A stretch of DNA of 63,421 bases, the filler included, from Hyphochytrium catenoides (Eukaryota > Protista > Hyphochytriomycota): NCBI GenBank assembly GCA_900088475.1. It is 6 parts of 6 records of this genome, joined end to end, with 100 filler letters (N's around TTAATTAATTAA, not from the genome) between each part and the next. Parts side by side here need not be neighbours in the genome. Positions count along the whole stretch, not along the records: positions 23,982 to 37,057 come from FLMG01001692.1; 5 more parts are not named here. One strand, given 5' to 3'. The notes below the pieces were generated by a model. The model saw only the letters and a list, made by a program, of their open reading frames with translations. It was not told where the DNA came from and searched no databases. Of this stretch, positions 23,982 through 37,157 are shown piece after piece. Both the position numbers and the translations under genes were made by a program. The stretch's first letter is position 1, and the number at the start of each line of letters is the position of its first letter.

Positions 23982-24419
23982 TGTCGGGGTAACGTACTTC
24001 ACACTATAGCTTAGTCCGACAGAACAGTAATAAAGGTAATAGGCGGCTTCTCTTCATCTTTTATCGCCTCTGAGACTGCTGATGGCTCTGAAAGAGAGAC
24101 AGTCTTTCTCAAGATCGCAAAAGATCAGACCGACTGACATCAGATGCGGTTACTATGAAAATGATCTTTTTCCATTCAACGGCGAGCGTTAAGGCTTTAA
24201 TTGAGACATGCTACACTAATGGTTATCAATCATGGTGATTATCCATTGCTACGGATTACTTGATAACTGCGTCGGTTTAAGCGCCCCGAACCATCCATCT
24301 GCCTGTTCTGATGNNNNNNNNNNNNNNNNNNNNNNNNNNNNNNNNNNNNNNNNNNNNNNNNNNNNNNNNNNCTCTCTCTCTCTCTTTCTCTTTCTCTCTC
24401 CCTCTCTCTCTCTGTCTCT

Positions 24420-24451
<32 letters not shown>

Positions 24452-24633
24452 TTTGCCCTCTCTATCTCTCTTATGCCTCGTAGCGCCGGATTGCATCTCA
24501 CTTCATCCGGGCGTCCTCACGCTGATCCCAGATCGAAGCGGTGGACCCTGGAGTGGTTGCACTGGAGCTAGAGAGGAGAGCTCAAAGTTAGAGAAGCAAG
24601 ACGGGGACGACTCTTCACAATCTATAGAGAGAC

Positions 24634-27600
24634 ATGGCGGCAGCGGGCAAGAAGAAGAAGCAAGGGAAAGCGCCCGTAAGCCTCAAAGTAAAGAACAAGG
24701 CAGCTAACAAGGCCGTCCGCCGAAAGTTCAAGCAGCCACAAAGCAAGAAGAAAGATAATGGTGAACCTTTTTATCTTAGCGCACTTCTCTCTCTTCCCAC
24801 ATATACCTACCTAGTCTCTCTTCCCTTGTCCGGTCGGATCATTCTAACCTCTGCTTCCTTTCCTTGTCTTCGCAGCATCAGGCGATAAATCTGCAAGAGG
24901 ACCAATGAGGGCCAAACCAGCGGGAGGCAGGGGAAGGAGGGAGCAGGTCATAGGGAAGAAAAAGATGCAGAAGAAGGAGAAAGAGCCGAAGGAGGTAGAA
25001 GAGAGGGAGGAAGAGGAGGAAGTCGAAGTAGGAGAAGAAGATATTGCCTTCTTCTCTCAAAGAGCGCCTTATTCGACCTTCTTAGAGGCCATCGACAGCA
25101 ACGCCCTAGAGTAAGTAGGGAGGGACCCCAATCTTTTTCCGTTCGTTGTGTGAGGTCGACCGATTAATTTCTGCCCTGTCGTTCTGGTTCCTTTCTTTCT
25201 GTCTTTCGTCTTCTCTCTCTCTTTCGTTCTCTCTCGCTCCCCTTTCGTCATCGCGGTCTCCCTCTCCCTTCGTTTCTCTTCTTCTTCTCTCTCACTCTTC
25301 TTGTTCTTCTTCTTGTTCTTCTTGTTCTTCTTCTCTCTCTATCTCTCTCTTTGCGTCTCTGTGTTTCTGACGTTTCGTCATGTTCTCTATCATATGTTCC
25401 TGAATCTCTCTGCCTCGCAGTCTGGCCGACACTACTATGTTCAAGACTATCGCTTCTATTCTTAACTTTATTGTGACCTCAGGGCACCGACTCTTCCTTC
25501 CAAGAAAGCGCAGAAACTTCTGGACAAGAAGAGAAGAGAGGAGAAGAAGAAAGAAAAGGAAAATGAAGGGGAGCAAGATTTTGAGCTTAGGCCCCGCCAA
25601 GCTACTTCTGTCAAGGAATGGAACCAGGAAGAAAGAGTGCAAAGACTTCCCGTACGTGCCAATCTATCGCTAAGATATTGACCAACAGAATAGCGGAGAG
25701 ACCCAGGCATTGACCCAGATGAAATGCTTTGGTCGAGACCACTGATCACCAACTATTGAAGTCTCAGAGAAAGGGAGATGAATCCATGCAGAAGGGGGTG
25801 GAGGCCTAGGAAGTGGGAACATCGAGAGCAAAGGCAAAGCCAAAGAATGGGAGAAAAGGGAAATCCTGGTGCTGACCATACTTGCTCTCCTCTTCTACTC
25901 TTCCACAGCTAAAGACTGCGACTGGCAGGCTGGTTCTACCTACAGATCAAAAAGGAGAGAGGGATGGACCCAGAAGGCCTGTCAAAGTTGCCAAAAAGGA
26001 GACGCAAGAGGAAGAGAAAGAGGCCGAAGAAAGTGAAAAGGAAGAAGGAGAAGACGACCTAACATCACAGTCAGGATCATCTATTTTTGAAGAAGAAGAG
26101 ATGGAAGCGGAAGAAGCGACACAGGAGAAAAGCGAGAGCCATAAGAAGGTTGACTTGGTGGCTGCTCAGCGCGTGCTAATGTACCAGAAGAAAGTGCAGA
26201 TTGCCAAACTCTGTGAAGAGATTCTGGAGGACCCAGAGGCGGCACTCCGAAGAAATAAAGACCATCCAAAGCAGCACTCCAAACTTCAGGTGAGTAAGAT
26301 AGCCTTGCGGTGATCAGGTTCTGCGCTCTTCCATCTATCTCAACTCTCTCTCTTCGTTCTTATTCCTGGTCTCTCTTCTTCGTCGTCTTTCCCTGTACTT
26401 CCCCACGTCGTTGCTCTGCTTTTTTGGGTCCCTTCCTTTTCATTACCTCTATCCCCCTCATCTCCTTCAAGTCCATGTAGCCAGTCCATAAAAAGTCCTC
26501 CCCTCGTCCCTCCTAATATGCTGTCTCAAACCCAAGTATCGCTCTCCTGCTCTCACTCCGCTATGTCCTGTTCATCCTTCGCAGCCTTTCTTTCTATATG
26601 TTTCTCTCCTCTCCTCCTTCTCTCACCGAGTCTCTTCTAGGAATTGCACGAATTCTGCTCGTCCGAGTCAGATCTCCTCCTCGTCAAGCTCGCAATGCTG
26701 TCAGAGCTTTCCATCTTTCAGGACATTCTCCCTTCGTATCGCATTAGGCTACCGACAGAAAAAGAGTTAGAACAGAAAGTGAGCAAGGAGGTTCAGAGAG
26801 TGAGAGACCATGAACGAGCTCTTCTCGCCCATTATCAGGTAGGCAAATGTTTCGTATGCACACTTTTAGCGCCATTGACTCTCCATCTTCGCGTCTAACG
26901 CTGACTTCTAGCTCCCTTGTCGTTCTTATTCTTTAAACCTCCACATGCCTGGCTTCTTACCTTGCCTGGCTACTCTAAATGTTGCTAGTCCTTCTGCGAC
27001 CCCATGCTTCTGAGCCTGCATTTCATGGGTCATCATATTTCTATCGAAAAGAAAGATAACGATTTGACTTCTATCCTTATAAAGGCATATCTCAAGTATC
27101 TGGAGGGCTGTGCTAGGGCGGATGACCAGGCTCAGTCACAGAAAAAGAAGAAAAAATCGAGAGATCAGGGAACCAAAGCAGAAGACGACGAGGATTTGGA
27201 CGCCATCCGCACGCACAGCCTCGCTGTGACTGCAGTCAAGTGCATGTGTGAACTGCTTAGGTAGAATTAACCTCCTCCGGCCATCTCACAGGAATCTGTT
27301 TTGCTTATTGCTGCCCCTCCACTTCCTCAGTTCAACTTGATCGCCTCTCTCACTTAGATATATCGCTGGTCCGCCCTTGTTTCAGGTTGTCGGTTCTGCT
27401 CCCTATCACTCCCTCCCTGTCTGACCACTTCTGGCTTGACTTTGGCTAATCTCTTCTTGACAGGACGCAATACTCGTTCAACTTCCGCACGAACCTGATA
27501 AAGGCTCTTATACCCAAGGCAGAGTCTTCTTCCACAGAGATCAGTCTACAGGTGCGATGAAGGGAAGCACAGAGGGAAAGACATGACCATGACCATGAAG

Positions 27601-30600
27601 TTTCAGCACCATTCTAAGGGCTAATCTAGAATAGATGAATTAGAACTTGGCACACAGAAGAGAAAGGAGATAGAGAGGGAGAGAAAAGAGAGAGCGACGG
27701 AGAGAGACGCAAGGGCCGCAATAGGGAGAGAGAGAGAGAGAGAAAGAGGCAGACAGAGAGAAAGAGATAGCGAAAGAACAATAATCTGGCTGCAGATGAC
27801 TTTATTAAACCCACTTGGTGCTCAAGCAGTCTCGCTCTGGCCTTCTCTCTTCTTACTTTTCACTCAACCTCAGATCATCGGCTCTGGCTCTCACTCTCTT
27901 ACCTCGAATTCGGGTCCCTTATCGTAGGTCCAAAGCTCGTTATCAAAACTCTTCCGCGAAGATCTTTCCGGAGAAGTCACTCTGGAGACTGTGAAGAACA
28001 TTTCTCAGTTTATTAACAGGAAAAAACTCAGGTAGGAGGAGGGTATGAGAGCGCACTACAAAGGGAAGGACTCTTTTTGAGAGCATAGACCTTGAAAGAA
28101 GCAGAACCTAAGGAAGGAGAGATAGATGGAACAGGAGAGAAAGAGAAGAGAGAAGGAGATAGGAGGGAGAGATCATTGATCAGGTGAGCTACTCTGAGCA
28201 TTGGTGGTCTAAAGCCAAGCAGAAGGATATGCTGACTGAAGGATGACACGGTTGGAACTTACATTGTAACCCCGCGCGACAGAGTCAAGGAGGGCATCCT
28301 TCGGCCTCTCCTCTCAATCCCGTTACGTGTGGATATGGAGAGCGGTCAACAGGCCAAGATAAATGTGAAGAAGAAGAAGAACAAGCGGAAGAAGGCGAAG
28401 AAAGAGGGAGATGAGGTTGCACTAGGCTTAGAGGAGGCGAAAGCAACGGTAGATCAGGTGAGTACGGGTGGTTCAAGGATGATAACAAACATTCTTCCCT
28501 CCCCCATGATTATGGGGTTATCCTTCCTCCTGCCTTCGACTTCCCGCTATCTTCTCTTGTCTTGGCCTTGTGAGTTAACTGGTCCTTCCAAACCATGGAC
28601 TTCTATTTCTATGCAAGTCTGCATGTCGCTCCATGCTCTCTCCTTTCAGTTCATCGCGTGCCTCACTAATGTTCTTTTAGGATGAGGTGAACAGTCGTCA
28701 GGCAGATATTTTGCAGGAGGTCATCCTTGTTTTCTTCCGCATACTTAGGAAGAGCGACGATGCGGGCCTTCTTCCCGTTGTCCTACGCGGTATGCATGTC
28801 TGACTAGCTCTCCAACTTGACAAATAACCTAGCTGTGATTGCACGCTCTCCAGCGTGGCTTTTCTATTGTTCCCGCCTTTGAACTTTATAGTCTTCACCT
28901 GCTACCTCGCAATGTCTTGTGTCCCACGCGCGCTCTTAATAAGCGCGCCATAGCACTCAGAAGACTCCAGGCCTTGTATTCTTAAAGCGTTGTCTGTTCG
29001 GATGGTTACGCTTTATCTCGTAAAGACATATCCGTGTCTCTCCCCGTTTCTGAGACAATCATCATTCTCTTTCTTTAACACTTTCTCTCCGTTGTGTAGG
29101 GCTGAGCCGCTACGGCCACCTTGTGAACCTTGACATCATGGTCGATCTTATGCATGCTTTGAAGGACCTGGCAAAAAAAGACAACCTACCGCTAGAGGCT
29201 GGCTTCAGGCAAGTTGGCCTCATTTCTTTGGCTGCCGCTTTGTGCTTTTTCCGAGAACTCTCTCTCACCAACTCTGCATTTGTCTTGCCAACTTTTACGT
29301 TTTCTTGCTGGTCCTCTGTCTCATTCCCACCTTGCAGTTGCGTCTTGACGGTATTGAACACCCTTCGAGGACCCGGACAGGAGCTGAAGATTGACGAGAA
29401 GGAGTTCGTTGACTATTTGTACAAGCTTCTGCCGCGTCTCGTTGAGCGAGGAGAGAGCGACAAAGACGATGCCTCTCTTCTTCCTTTTTCTCTGGCACTT
29501 GAATGCGTGGAAGCCATGTTTTATAAAAGAAGGGAGTACGTCATAGATAGAGTCGCCTCCTTCTTCAAGCGCCTCTTGCAGGTCGCTCTCTTTGCTCCTG
29601 CTCCATACATCATCGGGATACTGCGGATACTGCGGCTGCTATCGACTAGGTAATATGAAGACTTAGAGCCGCCCCGTCTTTCCTAGCCTTCTACTTTCCA
29701 ATGGGGGATGCTTCTTCTTGAGACCTAGGCTCATCCTTACTTCTTCATGTTCGTAGCGCTTTTTCCTGACGTTGTGCGCCTTAACTCTTGCCTGCCAAAT
29801 TTTTTTCCCATTTGTCTGCATGGTTAACCTCTTGCAGCCTCTGTCCTTTGCATCGTAGATATCTATATGTATATGCTGTTCTTGCCCAAAAGAACAAATC
29901 TGTAGGGTCATTTATTTGTGGGAAAAAGGGCTGTGAGATCCTTCTCGTCTTCAATTCTCTTTCTGCATGCTTCGTTGTGATTATGTCGCCTCTCTCTCTT
30001 GCTAATACCACTTTTCTTCTGATGACATCTCTTCAGATATCCTAAGATTCAACAGCTGTTGGAGGGTGAGAGCGATCGGGCGGCATCCGGCCTCTATCGA
30101 CCAGATTTGGACGATCCAGAACATGCAAACCCGTATGCTTCTCCCTCCTGGGAGCTTGCTTTGCTTGGAAAGCATTGGCATCCCATGGTTAGCGCATGTG
30201 CCCTCCCATCAGCTTGCGCCCTTATCTACTTCTACTCTCTTACGTTCGTTTACCTCTCGCTCTCAAGAGCCACATACTGCTTTCCTTTTGCCAGGCGTAT
30301 GGCCACCCGCCATCTGGTTCTCTTTCGCCTCCAATCTGACCCAAAATAGGTGTCATTTGTTTTATATTGACCGCCTGTGCCTACGGCACGTGCCTAAACC
30401 TCGCTCTCTATCTTCTCTCCATTCTTCTCTCCAAAGAGTTTTCGAATCGCCCTTGCTATGCCCCATGGTCTTCACTGAAGCCAGAACGATTCACCTTCTT
30501 TATCCATCCGTCTTTCTCTTCTCTGCCTTCTTGTCAAATCATAGGTGGTGCAGGAGGTTCATGACCTTATAAATCTAAAGGCTGGGAATCCAATGGAGTC

Positions 30601-31281
30601 CGTGACAACCATTACTGAAGCCTTTGACTATGGTAAAAACGGAGACTTCAACCCTCCACTAGAGTTGCCAGAGATACATCCTCTAAGGAGGAGAGAGCGA
30701 GAGGAAGAGAGCAAGAACAAGAGGAAGAGAAGAAGAGAGAAAACGGAAAAGGCCATAGCTTTCGTTCAGAATCCGCTTCCTGTGAGAGAATGTTTCTCAT
30801 CAGAAGAGAAGACTGAGAATGAAGAAGAAGAAGAGTGCTTCAAGATCTATTTTAAAGAGAGCAAGTCCTTCAACAAGCGCATACGGTAAGTCCCGTTAGT
30901 GGCCAAGGTCCATTGTGTGAAAGCATAGGGACGAGAGAAGCGCCAAAAACAGACAGAGGATGGGGTTAGTGGATGAGACTGGTGGTAGAAAATGGAGAAG
31001 AGCAAGCTCTGTAGAGAAATGGCAATCAAGAGGAATGAGTAGACTTGAAGGCAGAGCAAGTTAAGAGGGACTACATAGGCTTGACTGTATATAACCTTGC
31101 GAATAACTTAGTCTCACTCTGCGTCCGCAGGCTTACGAAGGAGTTGGCAAGGATAAAAGCTCAAATAGCCGCTTACGAAGTGCATGCGAGGAGGGGCAGA
31201 GGTGGCAAGGGTGAAAGGAAAGGAGATGCCAAGAGCAAGAAGGGAGGTCAGCAGGCGAAGAAGAAAAGAGGGCCTGTGTAG
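24634..31281 (+). CDS. NOC3L: Nucleolar complex protein 3 homologue (NOC3/NOC3L), about 15 exons
   Basis: Exons encode KKVQIAKLCEEILEDPE, LAMLSELSIFQDILPSYRIRLPTEKELEQKVSKEV (NOC3p domain), FNFRTNL, VLRGLSRYGHLVNLD and YRPDLDDPEHANPYASPSWELALLGKHWHP (CBF/Mak21 domain). K-rich termini; some exon edges are approximate. Confidence 0.93.
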
Positions 31282-33393
31282 TTGGGCCTATGGCCTTTCC
31301 TTCATGAACTATTTATCACACTGGTATCACCATTAACTGCGACCTATCTTGTCTCTGGGGAGAATTGAAGTCCAGGGACTGTGGAGGAGCGACCAAATTG
31401 CAAACACAGAAGAGAACGGAGCGGGCGAAAGCGAGCAACGGACAAAAACGGAGACGAAACAGTAGTTGGAAGGGAAGATCAGGGTAGAACCCCATGATGC
31501 TACACGTTTGGGGAGACGGCAGGGTTAAGGATTAAGCCAAGGACTTCGAGTTCGATCACTTAGCGGTGTAGACGAGTGTGCGGGGTAGTGGAGGCGTGCG
31601 GAGGGGCCATTGAACCAAGGAAACTGCAGCGTAAATTAGACCTCTAGAAGTAGAGGAACACGGTAAGAGAAAGAAATGGACTTTGCTGCTTTCAGGATAG
31701 CTATAGATCTTCACTATGCGGTAGGGTTAGGGTGAGGTGAGGCATGAAGAACGGAAAGAGTAGACGACAACAAGCCAGCTCCGGCTTCACGATTTCATCG
31801 AGAAGGAGACGAGAGAGTATGCTCTGGTGCACCATAAGCCTCTAACTCACATTACGCAACGGGGTAGCAAGTCTTTCAATGTTGCTTATCTTTCGTTATC
31901 ATCTCGTTGACTACCCTCCCACACAGTTGAGTCCTCTTCTTGAAGTCTAGATATCTGACACGTTATCATACCCCATGTTTACCTGGGCCCTCTACCAGGT
32001 ACACTTGATACAGCCCAGGCCCATTCTCAAGAGAGGTGGGCTGAACATGGAGGTTCTGCTTTTCCAAGACAAGAGACAATCGAAGATAGATGCACAAGAT
32101 AAAGGAAAGAGCACAGGATAGGATCCGCTAATGCGCGGATAAAGAACACCGGCGGCTTACTGCCACACATCCTAGTATAGACTGCATGTAGACATCATTA
32201 TTAGCTACAAGCTCAAAGGAGTATCTGCAGATTCCGGAGAGCTCCACAAGGTCGAAGTGCACACATTTTGAAGCTTTTGAAGCTTTTGCTGATTTTGTTA
32301 GGTCTGGTTATCAAATATAGATCGAACGTAGATCTTCATTTTGAAGCTTTCGCTGTGAAAGTATAAACAAGAAACATTCCTTTTCCGTTCTATTCTTACG
32401 ATTTTATCTAAACCAGGCCATTTAGATTGACAAAATACTTTTCAGCAAAGCTTTCATAGATGCTTTGGCAGGAGGTGAGGGTGTCCTTATTTACGTGAGA
32501 CAGACCCACTGGAGCACGAAGAAGAGTGAGAGAAGATATTACATTAGCCAGAGGTGGTGAGGGTATTACCTGTCCACCTGGAAAGATTACAAGGAGACAG
32601 AGGATGAAGAGATAGAGGGATGTCTATAGAGACATGTAGTGGGAGATTGCTTAGACTTCTCTTCACGCTCAAATAATGCATGCGCTCCGGCTAAGAAAGA
32701 GACGGAGAACGCCAATAACAGTCCATAGTCCATACAATTTATGCTACAACTGTACCGATGAGTCAAGAGAAAGACCGACCTGGTACAGCGAGAAGCAGTG
32801 CTACATGCGATACCGTCTCTGCCAACACGCCCTCTCTGCCCAGCTTCTCCGTCTCTCATACCTTCGCCATTGCCGACGAGCTTCAGTTGCTTTGAGATCT
32901 GCAGACCAATGACAGTGTTGACTCGCTGCTGCATCGTAGTCTGGAGTCAAAAGCCTCAATACTTTTGAATTGGCTCTTGAGGGCGGCATCTTCCATCAAC
33001 TCATTCGTCTCACCTGCTGCCAAATCTGTGTCTGTCTGTCACTCTGGACCTTCTCCCGTACTCTGGAATCCTCTCCTACCTCCGATTGGCCGGGGAGGCC
33101 TAGTCTGTCTTCTCCTGTTTTTTCTTGCTCAACATTCACCTAGGAAAGAGATACAGGTAAAACTGAGCTTCGAGGTTTTTCGTCGTTAACAGACCGTCTT
33201 ACGGTATACCCTAGGATGGCTTCAGCTGCATAGCGTATCAGTCCAGCCTTTAGCCTAGTATTTTTGTTCTGGCTCTCTTTGGGTGGTGATAGATTTTCTC
33301 CCGCCGGTCTCCTTCGACAAGGCGCGTAGCTCTTCTTGCATTCGTCGCTCTCACGCTCGCTCTCTCCTTAAACACCTTCAGAGCATATGAGCC

Positions 33394-36177
33394 ATGGGAG
33401 GTGGTCCGGACGAATGGATTGCCACTCTAATGAAGGGCGAGGTCATTGAAGAGCTTGACCTCAAGAGAGTATGTGAGATGGTAAGCAACCCCTTTCAGTT
33501 AGATGCGGAGAGAGTGAGTGGCATTCTACCTGGGCGTCTATACGCTCTTGACGAAATATGTTGCTGTCTTAGTTGTCCCTATCCTCTTGCTAGTCAAGTC
33601 TTGTCTGGCTTCGCCTTATGCTTGGGCCCTCACTACTGATTATGGACAACTCGTCATTCGTGTTTGCTGACTACTTCACGCTCTCATCGTCTCTGCTATG
33701 TGGGGCACAGGTCAAGGAACTCCTGATTGAAGAGTCAAATGTTCAGCCCGTTAGAAGTCCCGTTATTGTAAGTATGGCGAGCAAGAGCAAGGCTCGACGG
33801 GCTTTTCGCGTCTCCCCCTCCCCACTCCTCGTCGCTGCGCCCCTGTTCTGTATAACGCCGCCTTCCTTCATTGTCTCACGCTTGTCGCTGTTTTGCAAGC
33901 CGGCGTTCTTCATTCATTTCTTGCCCTACCTCTAGCATCTGAACTCTTCGCCTCTTTTCTTTCTTCTGCAAGGTATGTGGCGACATCCACGGACAGTTCT
34001 ATGACCTGCTCCAGCTTTTCAAAACTGGCGGCAACATTCCAGAAACCAACTACGTGTTTATGGTAAGGCAGTTGCATCTTCCTTGCGTCAGCTCCCTCCC
34101 TGCACTCGCCTCAGTCTTCAGACTCTAGTTGTGTGCATATGGCGGTCACTTATATTCGTTTTGGCGCTCTTTGCTGTTTTAGAACTATACGAAGTGTTCA
34201 GCATCTGACCTACGGTCCATTCTTTCTCTCTTATCTGTGTCTCTCTTCGGGGGCTGTTGCCCTTCCGGACTGTCTTTCTGTCTTCTTCTTTACGGATCTG
34301 GGTTTTGCTTGTTGAACGTTATTAGGGAGACTTTGTAGATAGAGGCCACAACAGTGTGGAGACCTTTGAGCTCCTTCTATGTTTAAAAGCGAGGTGAGCC
34401 GTGTACCTCTTCCTCCACATTCCCCAGTATTATCCTTTGTCAGTCGGCGGTATTCCCTTGGAGTCAGGTGCTTTTGACGTCTTGTCACTTCTTAGTATTT
34501 GCCCACCACTGGCAATGGGCTTTTTAAAGGCATGCTCTTAGCTGTATGTCACTCCTGAATACCGGTCTTCTGACATTAGTATCTCTTCTGTCTTTCTTAG
34601 ATATCCTGAGAACATCACACTGCTTCGGGGCAATCATGAGAGCCGTCAGATCACTCAGGTGTATGGGTTCTACGATGAGTGCCTCAAGAAGTATGGCAAT
34701 GCCAATCCATGGAAATACTGCACAGACGTTTTTGACTATCTCAACTTAGCGGCGGTGCGTTCCACTTCTCCTCTAAAGTGTACCTTCATTTGACAAGTCT
34801 CTCGCTGGGTTTAGAGAGTTCTTTGCCACGTATCTATCCGTCTTCTCCCCTTTCTTTTGCTGTCTATCCTGTTATTCACGTCGACTTTATTTATCCCACC
34901 TTTGATGTCTGGTTGCCTTCTTCCCAGCTACTTAGTCATTTATCTTTTCTCCAGCCTATGGGCAGCTAACCTCTACATTCGGCTGGTAGATTATCGATGG
35001 CAAGATTCTTTGCGTCCATGGAGGTCTCTCACCAAAGCTGAATACGATAGACCAGGTTTGTGCCTGTTCTTTCTTTGGGCCTTTATGATCGCCACCTACG
35101 TACCAAACTCTGGCTATAGAGCAGCACACTGTCCGCTCTCTTTTCAGCAGTCGTGAACTCGTTCTTGGCTTCCCTGCTACCATCTCTCATGGTCACTTGG
35201 TGTCAAGTCCTTCTGTCTGCCGTCAAAACTAAAATGTGGCTAGTGCCCGTTCCTCGTTTTAGCTCCAACAACTGGCTCACCTTCTGGCTCTGTCTTCCTA
35301 GATCCGCACTATAGAGCGCCAGCAAGAGATACCTCACGAAGGCGCCTTCTGCGACTTGATGTGGTCTGACCCAGAAGACATAGAGAAGTGGGCACTCAGT
35401 CCCAGAGGAGCGGGTTATCTCTTTGGTTCAAAAGTCACATCAGAGGTCAGGATTGAATTGTTGCAATCTTTAACTTATTATATTAATTCGCGATCTCCGT
35501 TTCTGCTTAGCCTTTACTCATATCAGAAGCTCTATTTGTCGAGACTTTTGCCTTGCTCCTGTCTATTGCCATAGCCTCTCTCCTCTTTGACACGCATCTG
35601 CCTGCTACTTTGCAGTTTAATCATATCAACGGCCTGGAGTTGATATGCCGCGCGCACCAGCTGGTGCAAGAAGGGTACAAGTATATGTTCCCTGACAAGA
35701 ACTTAGTCACCGTCTGGTCAGCTCCGAACTATTGCTACCGATGCGGGAACGTTGCTGCCATCCTTGCCTTTGATGAGAATCTAGAGAGAGAGTTCAGGAT
35801 GTTCCGAGAGGTGAGATGACTCGTCTGTGCTGTATACTCTTCTGCCTGTGGCTGGTCATCTGGGGTGTCGATGGCCTTCAGTCTTCCTCTTTTGGTACTT
35901 CCACAAAGCCATGGTTGTCTACCCACTGTCCCTAGTTATAGCCTTGGGTGCTCTAATGCGGCAACCAGTGCCGTCCTTATTGCGTTATTTCCTGCTTTCT
36001 CCTCTTATAATGGAGAAAGAATCTTTGGAGCTGCCCGCTCTTGAACATAGCTTGACTCATCATGTTCTGTTCTCTGAGCTGAGCGGCGCCTTCAGATTAT
36101 CTAACTGCGTCTCGATTGTCTAGGTCCCCGAATCGACGGAGGCCACCACGCGAAGTAAAGTGCCGTATTTCCTCTAG
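33394..36177 (+). CDS. PPP6C: Ser/Thr protein phosphatase 6 catalytic subunit (PP6/Sit4 type), 9 exons
   Basis: PPP motifs GDIHGQ, GDFVDRG, RGNHE, HGGLSP, RAHQL and [12 protein letters not shown]-terminal [17 protein letters not shown] and KYGNANPW point to PP6 rather than PP2A or PP4. Confidence 0.92.
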
Positions 36178-37018
36178 AATTGAAGGCGTTGAGATTGGTC
36201 TGAGGTGATTGTTACGATGTCCATCCGCCAGGGTAGAATGTAGGGAAACTAATGATGAAGATTGATAGCATGTTCCTTTCCTTGGCGCATGAGGAAACTG
36301 ACCATGAAGACACGGTGGAGTGATGAGTTCCCTAATTGGTTAGGATAAGAAAGCTCAAGAACGCAGAAGGGAGAAGAGACTCAAAACAAGCGTGCTATCT
36401 CACTAGGGGAATGAGCCGCGCGCGCGAGAGAGAGAGGACCATGCTAGAGGAGGACCGCCGCTCTTCTCTGCTGCCGCGGCAACCCCTTTGGCTCCTTCCT
36501 ATTATTCTTTTCCCACTCTCTCTCTCTCTCTCCTTTGCCGCTGTAACCTAAAGGACTCGTGGGCCTTCTGTCTCCCTCTCTCTCTCTCTTTCTCTCTCTC
36601 GCGCGCGCGCGCGACGCGCGCGCGTCCACTCTCCAACAGTTCCTCTTGCACTCAAAATGACTCTTCAGTCAGCCTCTCCTGCCCTTTTGCCAGGGCGACT
36701 ATCTTAGGAAATTCGCAGTCCTAATAGCTTGATAGGTTCTTTGATTGGAAGGGTTTATTACCATTAATGCGACGAGATCGGAACACCTTCCTAGGTCTTG
36801 AATACTTCATTGAGACCATGAAACGTTCCTCTTTACAATGCTATAGAAGGGGTGATTTTGAATCATTCAGGATTGTTTCCTTCACTGTTCCGGTAACGGC
36901 TACATTTACTGAAGCCATTCACTTATTTCTTGGTTCTTCTGTTCAAAGTCTCCCCCTTCGCCATCTCTCTCGCTCTGTTTCCTCTCTTTTTTGGTGCTCT
37001 TCTGTCTCTGCGTAGCTC

Positions 37019-37049
<31 letters not shown>

Positions 37050-37157
37050 CTCTCTCTNNNNNNNNNNNNNNNNNNNNNNNNNNNNNNNNNNNNNNNNNNN
37101 NTTAATTAATTAANNNNNNNNNNNNNNNNNNNNNNNNNNNNNNNNNNNNNNNNNNNN

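Noticed and set aside
31718-31742. Telomere-like ggtagggttagggtgagg (similar at about 56698-56708)
   Set aside because: Only 1-3 imperfect units at internal positions, expected by chance.
36413-36625. Inverted (CG)n(GA)n / (CT)n(CG)n pair resembling TIRs
   Set aside because: Built from simple repeats, no target-site duplication seen and single occurrence.
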